Of a DNA stretch of 64,000 bases, positions 48,954-58,387 are shown in pieces. The notes beneath the pieces were generated by a model. The model was not told the origin of the DNA and did not search any database. It saw only the letters and a program-made list of their open reading frames with translations. Source of the DNA: Enterobacteria phage Aplg8; sequence record NC_054902.1; one strand, given 5' to 3'. Position numbers and translations under genes: made by a program. How positions within the stretch are numbered: the stretch's first letter is position 1; the number at the start of each line of letters is the position of its first letter.

Positions 48954-50634
48954 TCTTAGCTAAACTAAATCTACCAACTTTTTCCATTTGAATATGCTGA
49001 CCATATTCTTGTGGGTCATGGTCTTTATGCGAAATTATGAAGAAGTTGGTATCCTTCAAACCATCTAAAATTTTAGCTACATTTTTAATACCTTCAGCAT
49101 CAAATGCACCGTCATACACTTCATCAAGAAATAAACAACTTATTTTAACACCTGAAACTTTTTCAGCAATATCACGCCAAGTAAATAAAAGAGCAATATC
49201 AATTCGTGCTTTTTCACCTTGACTGAATGAAGCATAACTAAAATCTTCACGACCACGGGATTTAATTGTCTCATTAAATTCTTCATCTAATGTAAACACA
49301 TAATCCGCTTCCATTATTTTAAGATAATGGTTAATCTGCTTATTAAATAATGGAATGTACTTTTTAATAATAGCACCTTTAATACCAGAATCTTTGAGCA
49401 TATCAGTCAAAATTCCTCGGTGGTATTTTTCCATTACTAAATTAGTTTTTGTCTTAACAATTTTATCAAGTTCTTCTTGAAGCAGTGCTATTTCATCAGC
49501 ATGGTCAATAAACTCAGAAGATGCTTTTTCTATAGCTGCTTTAACTTTTTTAGCTTTATCTACCGTCGTGATTAGAGATTGCTTTTTATTGCGAATATCA
49601 TTTGCCAACGACTGCTGAGTTTTAATATTATCTCGGTATTCATCAACAAGAACTTTTAAATTATCACGGTGTGTTGAAAGCTGTTCAAACGAATGCGTAC
49701 ATTCAGAAACTTTATCTTTAATTTTAGAAACAACTTTATCACCGGAACTTAATTGTGACAAGCAGGTTGGACATAATCCACCTTCGTGATACATATTAAT
49801 GACTTTATTATACGAGTCAATTTTTGATTTAATTAAAACTGCTTCTTGACCGATTTTATTAAATGCATCAGTCGGGTCTTCATCCAAAACAATATTAACT
49901 AATCTTTCATTAGCTTCTTCTATTTCCGATTTTAGCGTTCTAGCTTCTTTTGCCAAATCATCATACATATTTTGTAGACGAGTAAGGTTGTCACCCGTTA
50001 ATTTTTTCTGGCGTTCAACGTTATCATTATATATTTTAATTTGTTGGATAATACTATCTTTTTTAACATCAAGCACTTGGTTTTGTGAATTTAATTCACG
50101 TATTAGTGCTTTATTAAGCTTATCCATTTCAGCTAATGTTCCTACCTCAAGCAGGTCTTCCACAAGCTTTCTTCGCGCAGGGGTCGACAAACCCATGAAA
50201 GGGGTATACCCTGCTGTACCAAGGACAACAATCTGCTTGAAACTGGCATATGACATTCCGATAAGCTGTTCAAATTCTGCTTGGAAATCTTTACTGCTGG
50301 CAGATTCATTAAGACGTGTACCGTTAACGGTGATTTCGAAAACGTTTGGTTTTTGTCCTCTTTTGATATAGTACTTTTTCTCATCATATTCCATCCACAA
50401 TTCAACTAAAAGTTCTTTCTTATTTGTGCTGTTTATTAATTGACCTTTCTTTACATCACGAAATGGCTTGCCAAAAAGCCCAAATGTGATGGCTTCTAAC
50501 ATAGTAGACTTACCACCGCCATTTCGTCCAGTAATAAGAGTTTTTTGAACCTTATCTAATTGAATGTCAACTCCATTTTGACCAACTGACATTATATTTT
50601 TATATTTTACTCTATTAAGTTTAAATGATTTCAT
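48946..50634 (-). CDS. 46: Recombination endonuclease subunit gp46 (Rad50/SbcC-like)
   Basis: 562 aa; Walker A GRNGGGKST, zinc hook CPTC, signature and D-loop at the C-terminus. Confidence 0.9.
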   Translation of the reverse strand: MKSFKLNRVKYKNIMSVGQNGVDIQLDKVQKTLITGRNGGGKSTMLEAITFGLFGKPFRDVKKGQLINSTNKKELLVELWMEYDEKKYYIKRGQKPNVFEITVNGTRLNESASSKDFQAEFEQLIGMSYASFKQIVVLGTAGYTPFMGLSTPARRKLVEDLLEVGTLAEMDKLNKALIRELNSQNQVLDVKKDSIIQQIKIYNDNVERQKKLTGDNLTRLQNMYDDLAKEARTLKSEIEEANERLVNIVLDEDPTDAFNKIGQEAVLIKSKIDSYNKVINMYHEGGLCPTCLSQLSSGDKVVSKIKDKVSECTHSFEQLSTHRDNLKVLVDEYRDNIKTQQSLANDIRNKKQSLITTVDKAKKVKAAIEKASSEFIDHADEIALLQEELDKIVKTKTNLVMEKYHRGILTDMLKDSGIKGAIIKKYIPLFNKQINHYLKIMEADYVFTLDEEFNETIKSRGREDFSYASFSQGEKARIDIALLFTWRDIAEKVSGVKISCLFLDEVYDGAFDAEGIKNVAKILDGLKDTNFFIISHKDHDPQEYGQHIQMEKVGRFSLAKIS

Positions 50635-50649
50635 TTTGTATCCAATTGT

Positions 50650-51504
50650 TCACAATGAAGAAAATTCTTTAACTAAAGCCTGTAATGAAGCCTCTATTGG
50701 ATATCCATTCTTAACTAACATTTTCCTAAACATTACATGTTTAGGACGATTATATGATATCCACAATTCATACAATTTATCTTTATTATCCCAATGATAG
50801 CCTTTTCGTCGAGATGCTATATGAGCTTTTCTAATCTCCGGATTTTTCCAACTAGCAGCTACTGAATTTGATATAGCTATTTTATATTCAGGTTTTGATA
50901 AAGCAGCACGAACAGCCTTTTGGTGTTTAATTTTATTTTCTTCGTTATTAAACCATTCCCTTGAAGCCATTGAAATTTTTTGTTTTGTTTTAAAATTATT
51001 TAATCTTTCTTTATTATCTTTCCTATTTTTTGCTACTGAAAAATATTTTAATGCCCTTTCTCTAGCAGCATTTCTATTTTGCGGATTTGAATAATACTGT
51101 TGAAGCCTTTTTGATATTGTGTCACTTACATCTTGTTTTATAAAACTATATTCAGCAGCTATTAAATCAACTTCGGCTAAAGATAAATTTTTATATGTTT
51201 TTCCTGACATCATTCTATTTAAAGCATTTAGCATTTTTCCATTTTTACCTTTTGCTAATAAGAAGTGTGCTTTAAAATGATTAAAATGACTTAAATTAAC
51301 TAAATTCCATGTAGATTTTAAATATTCAGGAAATATTGATTTAGGAAGCACGTGGTGTGCTTCCGTTTTACCTGGAGTTTTAACAGTTGAATTCACAGAA
51401 ATAAAATTAATGTAAGACTTGGCGTCTTCTTCACTCAACGCTAATTTTTCAACTAATTCCTTTATTAAAAATTCATCATTAATGTCAAGTTTAAAATTCT
51501 TCAC
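50650..51504 (-). CDS. HNH-family (homing) endonuclease-like protein, apparent GTG start
   Basis: 284 aa; HNH core EAHHVLPKSIFPEY...NLVNLSHFNHFKAH; basic repeat-rich C-terminal half; AT-rich; first 12 codons duplicate the 5' end of the upstream small ORF. Confidence 0.55.
   Translation of the reverse strand: MKNFKLDINDEFLIKELVEKLALSEEDAKSYINFISVNSTVKTPGKTEAHHVLPKSIFPEYLKSTWNLVNLSHFNHFKAHFLLAKGKNGKMLNALNRMMSGKTYKNLSLAEVDLIAAEYSFIKQDVSDTISKRLQQYYSNPQNRNAARERALKYFSVAKNRKDNKERLNNFKTKQKISMASREWFNNEENKIKHQKAVRAALSKPEYKIAISNSVAASWKNPEIRKAHIASRRKGYHWDNKDKLYELWISYNRPKHVMFRKMLVKNGYPIEASLQALVKEFSSL
51470..51488 (-). repeat. Direct repeat copy A (aattcatcattaatgtcaa) at the 5' end of the HNH ORF
   Basis: 19/19 identical to 51673-51691, with about 10 of 15 flanking matches; encodes (L/F)DINDEF. 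Confidence 0.8.
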
Positions 51505-51716
51505 AAAAGATTCCTTTTAATGTATCTTTTAGACCATTCTATCATATCATCATAATCTAAAAAGTATTCATCAAATTCAGCCATGCAAACAACGCCTTGT
51601 GCTGTTTTTGATGTAATATAAATTATTCCAACATATCTAGAATCTTCTTCGGTATAATCAATGTTTGCTATGAATTCATCATTAATGTCAAATGTCGAAA
51701 ACTTCACAGTATGCAT
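51501..51716 (-). CDS. Hypothetical protein, about 71 aa
   Basis: ORF from MHTVKFSTFDINDEF...; shares its 5' sequence with the HNH ORF. Confidence 0.4.
   Translation of the reverse strand: MHTVKFSTFDINDEFIANIDYTEEDSRYVGIIYITSKTAQGVVCMAEFDEYFLDYDDMIEWSKRYIKRNLL
51673..51691 (-). repeat. Direct repeat copy B (aattcatcattaatgtcaa)
   Basis: See copy A at 51470-51488. Confidence 0.8.
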
Positions 51717-51951
51717 CCTTAATACAAGATACAGCCATATCTCGTAATGATTTAGGTGTGTCATTATCTAAAATGTTGAAGTTAAAAGATACAGCCCAGT
51801 CAGTGCAGACTGTAACCTTTTTAATACAATTATCTTCAACTTCTAGCGGTTCAAACCAATATTCAATAATTTCTTTATGCCCAATATCATCTTTTACTTC
51901 GCATTCAAAATGCTGACTCATCATGACATCTTTAAATTCATCAAAAATCAT
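51688..51951 (-). CDS. Hypothetical protein, 87 aa
   Basis: ORF immediately downstream of gene 47. Confidence 0.4.
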   Translation of the reverse strand: MIFDEFKDVMMSQHFECEVKDDIGHKEIIEYWFEPLEVEDNCIKKVTVCTDWAVSFNFNILDNDTPKSLRDMAVSCIKDAYCEVFDI

Positions 51952-52967
51952 TGTGTTGCCTCTACATATAACTGATTTGCATATTGAATAAGTGCTTCAC
52001 GATCAGAATCAGTGATGTCTGGAATTGCATTAATGTATTCTTCCATTAACGTCTGAAGAGATTGAACTTCAACTTCTTCACTGTCATCTGACTCGACAGA
52101 GTTATCAATCTTTGACACAACTCGTAATGAATGCACAACTTTTTCTAGTTCAGATTCGAACTTCGTCAGATTTTTGTCTACCTCAGTTACTATAACACGT
52201 ACTGATAGATTTGTAAAATCTTTATAGTCAATTTTTCCTTTAAATGGATAATGAATTCTACGATGCCAGGTAGTGTTGTTTGGAATAAATTCCATTCGTT
52301 CTGTTTTTGTATCAAACATCCAGAACCCGCGAGGGTCATTCTCGTCACCTGCAGTTAGTGTCCATGGTGTCCCAATATATCTGACGTTAGCAGCCTCAGA
52401 GATAGTATGGAAGTGACCAGACCACACTTCTTTATAAGTCTTAAGGAAATCAGGTTCAAGACCGTGAGATTTCATTCCTTTATAAAAATAAAATCCATTC
52501 AGTTCCCAGTGACCAACACAAAAAGAAGCAGAAGAAGTTTTTATGTGCTCGAGAATTTCACCAGTATTTTCTTCACACATCCAAGGAATTAAATCAATTA
52601 AACATCCGTCAAAATCTACTGTAGTAGGCTTATCATATACTTTAACATTAGGATATTTAGCCAAAAGCTCAGTAGAGGCATTTGGAGTTAAAGTATTTTT
52701 AAAGTGCATATCATGGTTTCCTACAACAGTATGCAGGGTAATACCAGCATCATCAAGCATTTGAACTATTTCACGAGCGAACTCCATAGTTTTATGTGTG
52801 ATTGCTTTTCGCACATCAAAAATATCACCATATTGAATCCAGGTAGTAATTCCATTTTTCTTAGAATATTCTATTGCTTGTTTAATTCCATCTAACTGAA
52901 TGGATTGAACCCACTCATCATCGGCTTTAACGCCTAAATGCCAATCACCTAAATTTAAAATTTTCAT
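51948..52967 (-). CDS. 47: Recombination nuclease subunit gp47 (Mre11/SbcD-like)
   Basis: 339 aa, same as T4 gp47; phosphoesterase motifs (GDWHLG, GNHD, GHFH). Confidence 0.9.
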   Translation of the reverse strand: MKILNLGDWHLGVKADDEWVQSIQLDGIKQAIEYSKKNGITTWIQYGDIFDVRKAITHKTMEFAREIVQMLDDAGITLHTVVGNHDMHFKNTLTPNASTELLAKYPNVKVYDKPTTVDFDGCLIDLIPWMCEENTGEILEHIKTSSASFCVGHWELNGFYFYKGMKSHGLEPDFLKTYKEVWSGHFHTISEAANVRYIGTPWTLTAGDENDPRGFWMFDTKTERMEFIPNNTTWHRRIHYPFKGKIDYKDFTNLSVRVIVTEVDKNLTKFESELEKVVHSLRVVSKIDNSVESDDSEEVEVQSLQTLMEEYINAIPDITDSDREALIQYANQLYVEATQ

Positions 52968-53104
52968 ATATCAAGAACCGTCATTGAAATGCAAAATAAA
53001 ATTATTGAAATAAACCCATCTGGTGTGCTAAAGAAACCAATCCAGCATGCTCTAGTGAATAGATAAAATGCGAGAAAAAGTATCACATATCCAAGAAATA
53101 TCAT
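52964..53104 (-). CDS. Small membrane protein, 46 aa
   Basis: Hydrophobic ORF; TGA overlaps the gene 47 ATG (ATGA). Not in the ORF track. Confidence 0.3.
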   Translation of the reverse strand: MIFLGYVILFLAFYLFTRACWIGFFSTPDGFISIILFCISMTVLDI

Positions 53105-53127
53105 TATATCAAACTCCGTATAAAGCT

Positions 53128-53145
53128 AAAGGGCCGAAGCCCTTT
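53128..53145 (-). terminator. GC-rich tetraloop hairpin at the 3' end of agt
   Basis: aaagggccgaagcccttt followed by a T/U-run. Confidence 0.5.
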
Positions 53146-54346
53146 ATTTTGTAATAATGTCAAACTGTTCTTTAAAGCAGAAGCTTGAATCTTGATGCTG
53201 ATACAAAAATTCATAAGCTTTTTCGCGTTCACGGTCATAAAGAGTTCGGTCAGATGACAGTTCTTTAATACGTTCAAACGTTGATTCCATGTCATTTTCA
53301 TCAAACCAAATGATACCGCTATCATGCGAGGTCAAAGGAGTATTATCAACACGGAATTTTAAATTTTCGCCAGTAGATTTCCAAAATACCGGAATTGTTC
53401 CACATGCACCAAGCTCGAGATGAGTATATTCTAAAGAACGTTGTAGATATTTTTTATCCAACTTACTCAACTGATAACCAAATCCGGATTTACTCATGCG
53501 TTCAAGCATTTCGCTATTTACATAACGGTCAAGAATTTGCGTTGGCAAATTAGGAGCAATTTTAATTTGGTCTACTTGATGAAGACGATAATACTCGTAT
53601 GGAATTCCTTTTTCTTTAATAGGAATGAACGCTGGAGAACGTTCCAGACCTTCCATAATAGTACTTAGTCCTGCAGGTTTAAGATGTTTTTCATGAAAAT
53701 CAAACATCTGATAAAAACCTTTCCATGTAGTCGTACGACCAATCCAACGGTTGATATTCATGTTAATTTCAGAAACATCTTTCCAGTAGGTTGACCGAAC
53801 CTTCGCAATATCCATAGGAGGCTGAAAGTTATATACTGTCGGTGCTTCTTCAATATCATCAAACAGAGAAACTGTTTCAGGATACCATTCTTTCATCAGA
53901 ACTTTATTAAAATCACCATTATCAGAATGGCTAAAAATAACATCAGCTCGACGAACAGTTTCTTCTAATCCCAAATTTCGGCGCAAAGAAAGAGAAGAAT
54001 GGTCATGTTGATAAACTACAACACGAACCGAAGGTTTAATGTTATCAATAATTTTTTTATAGTTATTAATAGTGTCTTCTTCAACCGAAGTAGCAGGAAC
54101 TGAATTGATAATTAGAATATCACAATCATTTACCAGCTTAAGTGTTTTATCATATTCTTTTGCCAATAAAACCGGAATTGAAAATGATTTATAATCATGC
54201 GCGCAATTACGAGTAAATGATTTATCTTTAGCATAAACCAAAGTTACTTCATGACCATTCTTAATAAACCAATCACGTTGCTCAAGAGAAAATTTAGTTA
54301 CACCACAACCTTCAAGACCTCGAGCCATAAAAATACATACTTTCAT
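53144..54346 (-). CDS. agt: DNA alpha-glucosyltransferase (hmC alpha-glucosylation)
   Basis: 400 aa, same as T4 AGT; MKVCIFMARGLEGCGVTKF... near-identical to T4 AGT as recalled. Confidence 0.9.
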   Translation of the reverse strand: MKVCIFMARGLEGCGVTKFSLEQRDWFIKNGHEVTLVYAKDKSFTRNCAHDYKSFSIPVLLAKEYDKTLKLVNDCDILIINSVPATSVEEDTINNYKKIIDNIKPSVRVVVYQHDHSSLSLRRNLGLEETVRRADVIFSHSDNGDFNKVLMKEWYPETVSLFDDIEEAPTVYNFQPPMDIAKVRSTYWKDVSEINMNINRWIGRTTTWKGFYQMFDFHEKHLKPAGLSTIMEGLERSPAFIPIKEKGIPYEYYRLHQVDQIKIAPNLPTQILDRYVNSEMLERMSKSGFGYQLSKLDKKYLQRSLEYTHLELGACGTIPVFWKSTGENLKFRVDNTPLTSHDSGIIWFDENDMESTFERIKELSSDRTLYDREREKAYEFLYQHQDSSFCFKEQFDIITK

Positions 54347-54398
54347 TTAATATCCTCTTTGTTTTGGTTTATTTTACCAAAAATTTATAAAGCAATAT

Positions 54399-54414
54399 AG
54401 GAGCCGAAGCTCCT
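54399..54414 (-). terminator. GC-rich tetraloop hairpin
   Basis: aggagccgaagctcct. Confidence 0.35.
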
Positions 54415-54589
54415 ATCCACATAATACGCCATACAGAGGCTCGTTAGAACTTTTAAATTTTATGCGCTTATATTTTATAGTTCCTTCTGCTTTAGCTTTA
54501 TCATGAGACGCTTTAAAGAGTCTCATCATTTCCTCTTTAGAGGAACGAATTTTATTATAATCTATTTCAGAAGTCTGGGTGTTCATCTT

Positions 54590-54796
54590 TCATAACTGCC
54601 ACCATTTTTTGACTTGATAAGAATCAACCCACACTTTCATATTAGGGTCTGCTCTTACAATAGGAGGATTAACTTCTTTAATTGAACTATCATGGTATTC
54701 TTTTTCAGAAATTTTCACACAAAGATGACCATTCAAAGATTCAGTAAATCCTGCATTAATTTTAAGACGCTTGAATTTTACGTGTGTAAGCATCAA
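54590..54796 (-). CDS. Hypothetical protein, 68 aa
   Basis: ORF in the 55-agt interval. Confidence 0.35.
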   Translation of the reverse strand: MMLTHVKFKRLKINAGFTESLNGHLCVKISEKEYHDSSIKEVNPPIVRADPNMKVWVDSYQVKKWWQL

Positions 54797-55079
54797 TCAT
54801 ATCCTCAATTTGCGATCTAGTAGTCTTCCAAAGAATACTGATGAGTTCATCGTTATATGGCTGTTTTAGAATATCCCGACTTTTCTTGATAGCATATTCG
54901 TATTGAGCAAAATTATTATTTTCAGCTGCAATCTGAGCGTGCTTATAAAGACGATTCAGTTCGCGTTTGTTTTTAGACAATAACTTATTTGCTTTTCTTT
55001 CTGCTTCAAGACGGTTCTTTTCTTCAATAGAAGAAATAAGCTTTTCCACTTCATCATTAATTTCGGGTTTATCAGTCAT
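54762..55079 (-). CDS. Hypothetical protein, 105 aa
   Basis: ORF in the 55-agt interval. Confidence 0.4.
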   Translation of the reverse strand: MTDKPEINDEVEKLISSIEEKNRLEAERKANKLLSKNKRELNRLYKHAQIAAENNNFAQYEYAIKKSRDILKQPYNDELISILWKTTRSQIEDMIDAYTRKIQAS

Positions 55080-55080
55080 A

Positions 55081-55299
55081 TTATTTCTCTAATATAAAAT
55101 AAAAATCATCATCTGTTAAATGATACCGATAGTTTAATTCTACACCATTAGATTTAAAAGCGGTATCATACGGATTTTCTGGATCAATATCAATGTCAAG
55201 AGCTAAAACTTCCCTGAGATACATTTTAAGTAAATAGGGAATAGCTTCAACTTCAGGTATTTCTTCCAAGAATCCGGAGAGGTTAATCGTTAGCCTCAT
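55081..55299 (-). CDS. Hypothetical protein, 72 aa
   Basis: ORF immediately downstream of gene 55. Confidence 0.4.
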
Positions 55300-55840
55300 A
55301 TAAAAAATCCAAACTAGGAGAATCGTCTACAACACTTTTCTTTTCAGCCCCCGGTGTTCTATAGGTTGATTCTTCGTAATGCGTCATTTTATCATAGATG
55401 TCTTGAATAAAAGTTTCATCTACTAACGCAACCATATCGTCGTCACGGCTGTCATAGACATTGTGAACGAAGTAACTATATTTCTTTGCAACTTCCTTAC
55501 GTTCTTTTTTAATACGTTGGACGAATGCATTAAAACAAGCTTGAGTTATATATGCATGTGGGTTTTTATATTTCGTTTCATCAAAATTATGAAGCCCCTT
55601 AATAGAAGCTTCTATACCATCTGCAATCATTTCTTGTTTCCAAGACTGGGTGTATCCTGAAAAGTTGAAACGTTTAGATAAGCCTTCTGCAATAAGCATA
55701 ATGGCTAATCCGATAGTATCATTCTGACGAACTACTTTATTTGGGTCTTTATTATTTGCTAATTCTGTTTTCCAATCAATAATAGCTTGTAAAAGCTCTT
55801 TATTGTTTACGTAATTATATTTAGGCTTAGTTTCTGACAT
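55283..55840 (-). CDS. 55: Late sigma factor gp55
   Basis: 185 aa from [24 protein letters not shown]...; matches T4 gp55. Confidence 0.85.
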
Positions 55841-55918
55841 TTTCACCTCTTAGCTCAATTCATAGATCTATTATATCATAATATTTGAAGATCTATCTTA
55901 AAGCATAGAGGATATCAG

Positions 55919-56188
55919 TTATCTAAGTAAACAGTATGCTTGGAACACTTTCTCCATCATCTTTTTAAATTCATGAATATCTATATAATGACTAGTTAGA
56001 TCAGCATGATATAAAAAGTCTAAAAACTTTTCATGTGTACTAACATATTCACTTTCATTTAATTCAGAAACATGGCTTTCCCAATATCCAACACCAGTCT
56101 TATTTGGGAAAAATGAAATTTTCATGTATTGGTCAACATAGAAAATGCCATAATTTTCAATAGTAATAGAAATATTAATAAATTTCAT
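55919..56188 (-). CDS. Hypothetical protein, 89 aa
   Basis: ORF. Confidence 0.35.
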   Translation of the reverse strand: MKFINISITIENYGIFYVDQYMKISFFPNKTGVGYWESHVSELNESEYVSTHEKFLDFLYHADLTSHYIDIHEFKKMMEKVFQAYCLLR

Positions 56189-56400
56189 ACATTCATCAAC
56201 TTAGCCGCTCCAAGAGCTGCATCTAGTGAATCAAATTGGTCAACATATTCAATCAATTCGCCGTAATTGGCATATAACCACCATTGGCTAAATTCATACT
56301 CAAGGATGAATCCATTTCCTTCAATTTGAGTTAAACCATTGCCGTTTGTATTTACTTCATATCCGGAAAGACGCAAATCGTTAATAAGAGCTTCGTTCAT
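56185..56400 (-). CDS. Hypothetical protein, 71 aa
   Basis: ORF. Confidence 0.35.
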   Translation of the reverse strand: MNEALINDLRLSGYEVNTNGNGLTQIEGNGFILEYEFSQWWLYANYGELIEYVDQFDSLDAALGAAKLMNV

Positions 56401-56402
56401 AA

Positions 56403-56729
56403 TTATACCTTAGTAATTTTCAGGTCTGCAAATTTTTTCTTGCGTTGATTTTTCATGCGACGAATAGTTTTATCGGAAATTTCATGCTTTTGATAAGCTT
56501 TAGATTCTACACCAAAAGCTTTAACATCAAATTCTGACAAGATATATTGAACCAACAATTCACGGACAGTATTGCGTCCAATCTTCTGATCATTCTGTTT
56601 CATCATTTGATGAAGCTCTTTTTCCCATTTATCCAAAATTTGAGGAGTTACAATATCGCCTTTTTCTAGCAAAGAAACTACTTTATCATATGCGTAAGAA
56701 TTGATGGCGTTTTTAATTTGAATAGTCAT
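56403..56729 (-). CDS. Hypothetical protein, 108 aa
   Basis: ORF. Confidence 0.4.
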   Translation of the reverse strand: MTIQIKNAINSYAYDKVVSLLEKGDIVTPQILDKWEKELHQMMKQNDQKIGRNTVRELLVQYILSEFDVKAFGVESKAYQKHEISDKTIRRMKNQRKKKFADLKITKV

Positions 56730-56768
56730 ACATTATCCTCAATTGCATTAAAATTTTATTATCCAAAA

Positions 56769-56784
56769 AGGGCCGAAGCCCTTA
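56769..56784 (-). terminator. GC-rich tetraloop hairpin
   Basis: aagggccgaagccctt. Confidence 0.4.
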
Positions 56785-56982
56785 GCTAAACCGTTTGGCA
56801 CCCTTCCAGCCTTCGTACATCATTGCGGCTGATATTAATATTGCTCCTGAGCAACTTGAATATTTGTGATTCCAAAACCAGTTTAGAAAAACTTCGTCAT
56901 CAATACCTTGGGCTATCATATTTTCAAAGAACTGACGACGAGCTTCAGCAATTCGTTGCGATAATTTAGATTCGGGATTCAT
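56782..56982 (-). CDS. Hypothetical protein, 66 aa
   Basis: ORF. Confidence 0.35.
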   Translation of the reverse strand: MNPESKLSQRIAEARRQFFENMIAQGIDDEVFLNWFWNHKYSSCSGAILISAAMMYEGWKGAKRFS

Positions 56983-57114
56983 TTAAATTTTCCAGTTACC
57001 ATTTTCATCAATAAATTTAATCCAGTCATTTACTGACCACTTAGTTGTATCGCCTTTTGGAGTAACATTTAAAGTATATAGCCCTTGCTTAAAAAGCATT
57101 CGTTTGATATTCAT
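56983..57114 (-). CDS. Hypothetical small protein, about 43 aa
   Basis: Internal Met with GAGGAAAAT ribosome-binding site; the longer ORF-track version overlaps the upstream gene. Confidence 0.3.
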   Translation of the reverse strand: MNIKRMLFKQGLYTLNVTPKGDTTKWSVNDWIKFIDENGNWKI

Positions 57115-57121
57115 ATTTTCC

Positions 57122-57415
57122 TCAGCTGTAACGATAACACTCGTTTGATTTACGTTTAGCAACTCGTTGAGAAGTATTATAATCAAAATCATCGTCAATG
57201 TAAACTGATTTTTTCAACTTTCTTACTTCACCACGTAATTGGCGATTTAGCTCATCTTTAACTTCTGAATCAATGCCTTTCATTCTACGCCATTTATCTG
57301 AGCGAAAAATGTTTTCAACCATATCTTTATGACTTACCCCATCAGGGGCTTTACGCTTTCCGAAATAGTCATAATCACGAACTTTCAAGTCTTTACGACG
57401 ATACGTTTTACCCAT
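57122..57415 (-). CDS. Hypothetical basic protein, about 97 aa
   Basis: Start at MGKTYRR with AAGGAAAT ribosome-binding site. Confidence 0.35.
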   Translation of the reverse strand: MGKTYRRKDLKVRDYDYFGKRKAPDGVSHKDMVENIFRSDKWRRMKGIDSEVKDELNRQLRGEVRKLKKSVYIDDDFDYNTSQRVAKRKSNECYRYS

Positions 57416-57590
57416 GGAGTTTAATTTCCTTAGCAACTGAACTAAATACAGCACGATCACAAATCATGTGTTTATGTAACTTGAGTATAATATAGCAAAC
57501 TTCAAAACTATTTACATGAGTAACACGAACAGCATTACCATTAATGAGATAATACTGTCCCTTTTTAATTTCTTTATCAACCACAACCAT
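57408..57590 (-). CDS. Hypothetical protein, 60 aa
   Basis: ORF downstream of an early promoter. Confidence 0.35.
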   Translation of the reverse strand: MVVVDKEIKKGQYYLINGNAVRVTHVNSFEVCYIILKLHKHMICDRAVFSSVAKEIKLHG

Positions 57591-57611
57591 ATCAATTCCT
57601 CAAAGGTAATT

Positions 57612-57655
57612 CATGTGTTAATAATACCACAGTTTGAGCTCGTTGTAAACAACTT
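57612..57655 (-). promoter_or_regulatory. T4 early promoter
   Basis: - strand GTTTAC (57645-57650), spacer, GGTATTATTAAC. Confidence 0.5.
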
Positions 57656-57748
57656 TGTGAAAATTATTTTAGGGAATGATAAGAAGGGAACGATAGCTTA
57701 GAATGGTAATATACAGAATGTAAGAAAGAAAGGCCCAGAGGGCCCGTC

Positions 57749-58057
57749 TCAGTCTTCTATGATATCTCTATCATATCCAAGTGAAATGAGAGTTTCTTTG
57801 AAGTGTTTAATGTTCTTTTGTCTAGAATCATTAATGAAAATGACTGGATAACGAATGTTAAGAGATGTGAATCCAGCGCGTTTAGCAAGAGATACAATCA
57901 GTGGACGATCATACTCAATCTTACCATTATTTGTAAGAACTTTATAGAAAGTAAAAGGAGCATTGAGCTCCTTTAGAAGTTTTGTAACTGATTGACATCC
58001 AGGACAACGACCTACTTCATCTGGAATTCCATAGACTTCAATCTTATTTTGTTTCAC
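57749..58057 (-). CDS. nrdH: NrdH-like glutaredoxin
   Basis: 102 aa; redox motif CPGC near the N-terminus; position upstream of nrdG. Confidence 0.6.
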   Translation of the reverse strand: MKQNKIEVYGIPDEVGRCPGCQSVTKLLKELNAPFTFYKVLTNNGKIEYDRPLIVSLAKRAGFTSLNIRYPVIFINDSRQKNIKHFKETLISLGYDRDIIED

Positions 58058-58059
58058 AA

Positions 58060-58272
58060 CTATTCCTTACTAAGAGCAGCATTCAGCTTGTTAGTAATTT
58101 TATCCAGACGCTTATTGAACTCACTAGAAGATAAGCCCTTTTCTGGAGAAATTAAACTAATAACGAAAAATACAACAATAAAAGGAATAAGGAAAATAGC
58201 TCCAACTGCCATAAACAGAAAGAATGTTACAGTTGTAAGAAAATCAGCTAAACCTTTACGAAATTTATACAT
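58060..58272 (-). CDS. Small membrane protein, 70 aa
   Basis: Hydrophobic core. Confidence 0.35.
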   Translation of the reverse strand: MYKFRKGLADFLTTVTFFLFMAVGAIFLIPFIVVFFVISLISPEKGLSSSEFNKRLDKITNKLNAALSKE

Positions 58273-58387
58273 ATTTTACCCTTAATTGATTAACCAAGCA
58301 TTGATAAGCACTAAACTATATTGCGAATAAAATTCTGGACCAAAATGAAAAATCATATCATTTATAGTATCCATAATGTAATTCAAT

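Noticed and set aside
8405-57655. Possible CRISPR array or dispersed-repeat mobile element, given the about 45-bp motif repeated many times
   Set aside because: Copies are irregularly spaced (kilobases apart), always sit immediately 5' of a gene start with a ribosome-binding site, and match the sigma70-type T4 early promoter structure; there are no regular repeat-spacer units and no cas genes.
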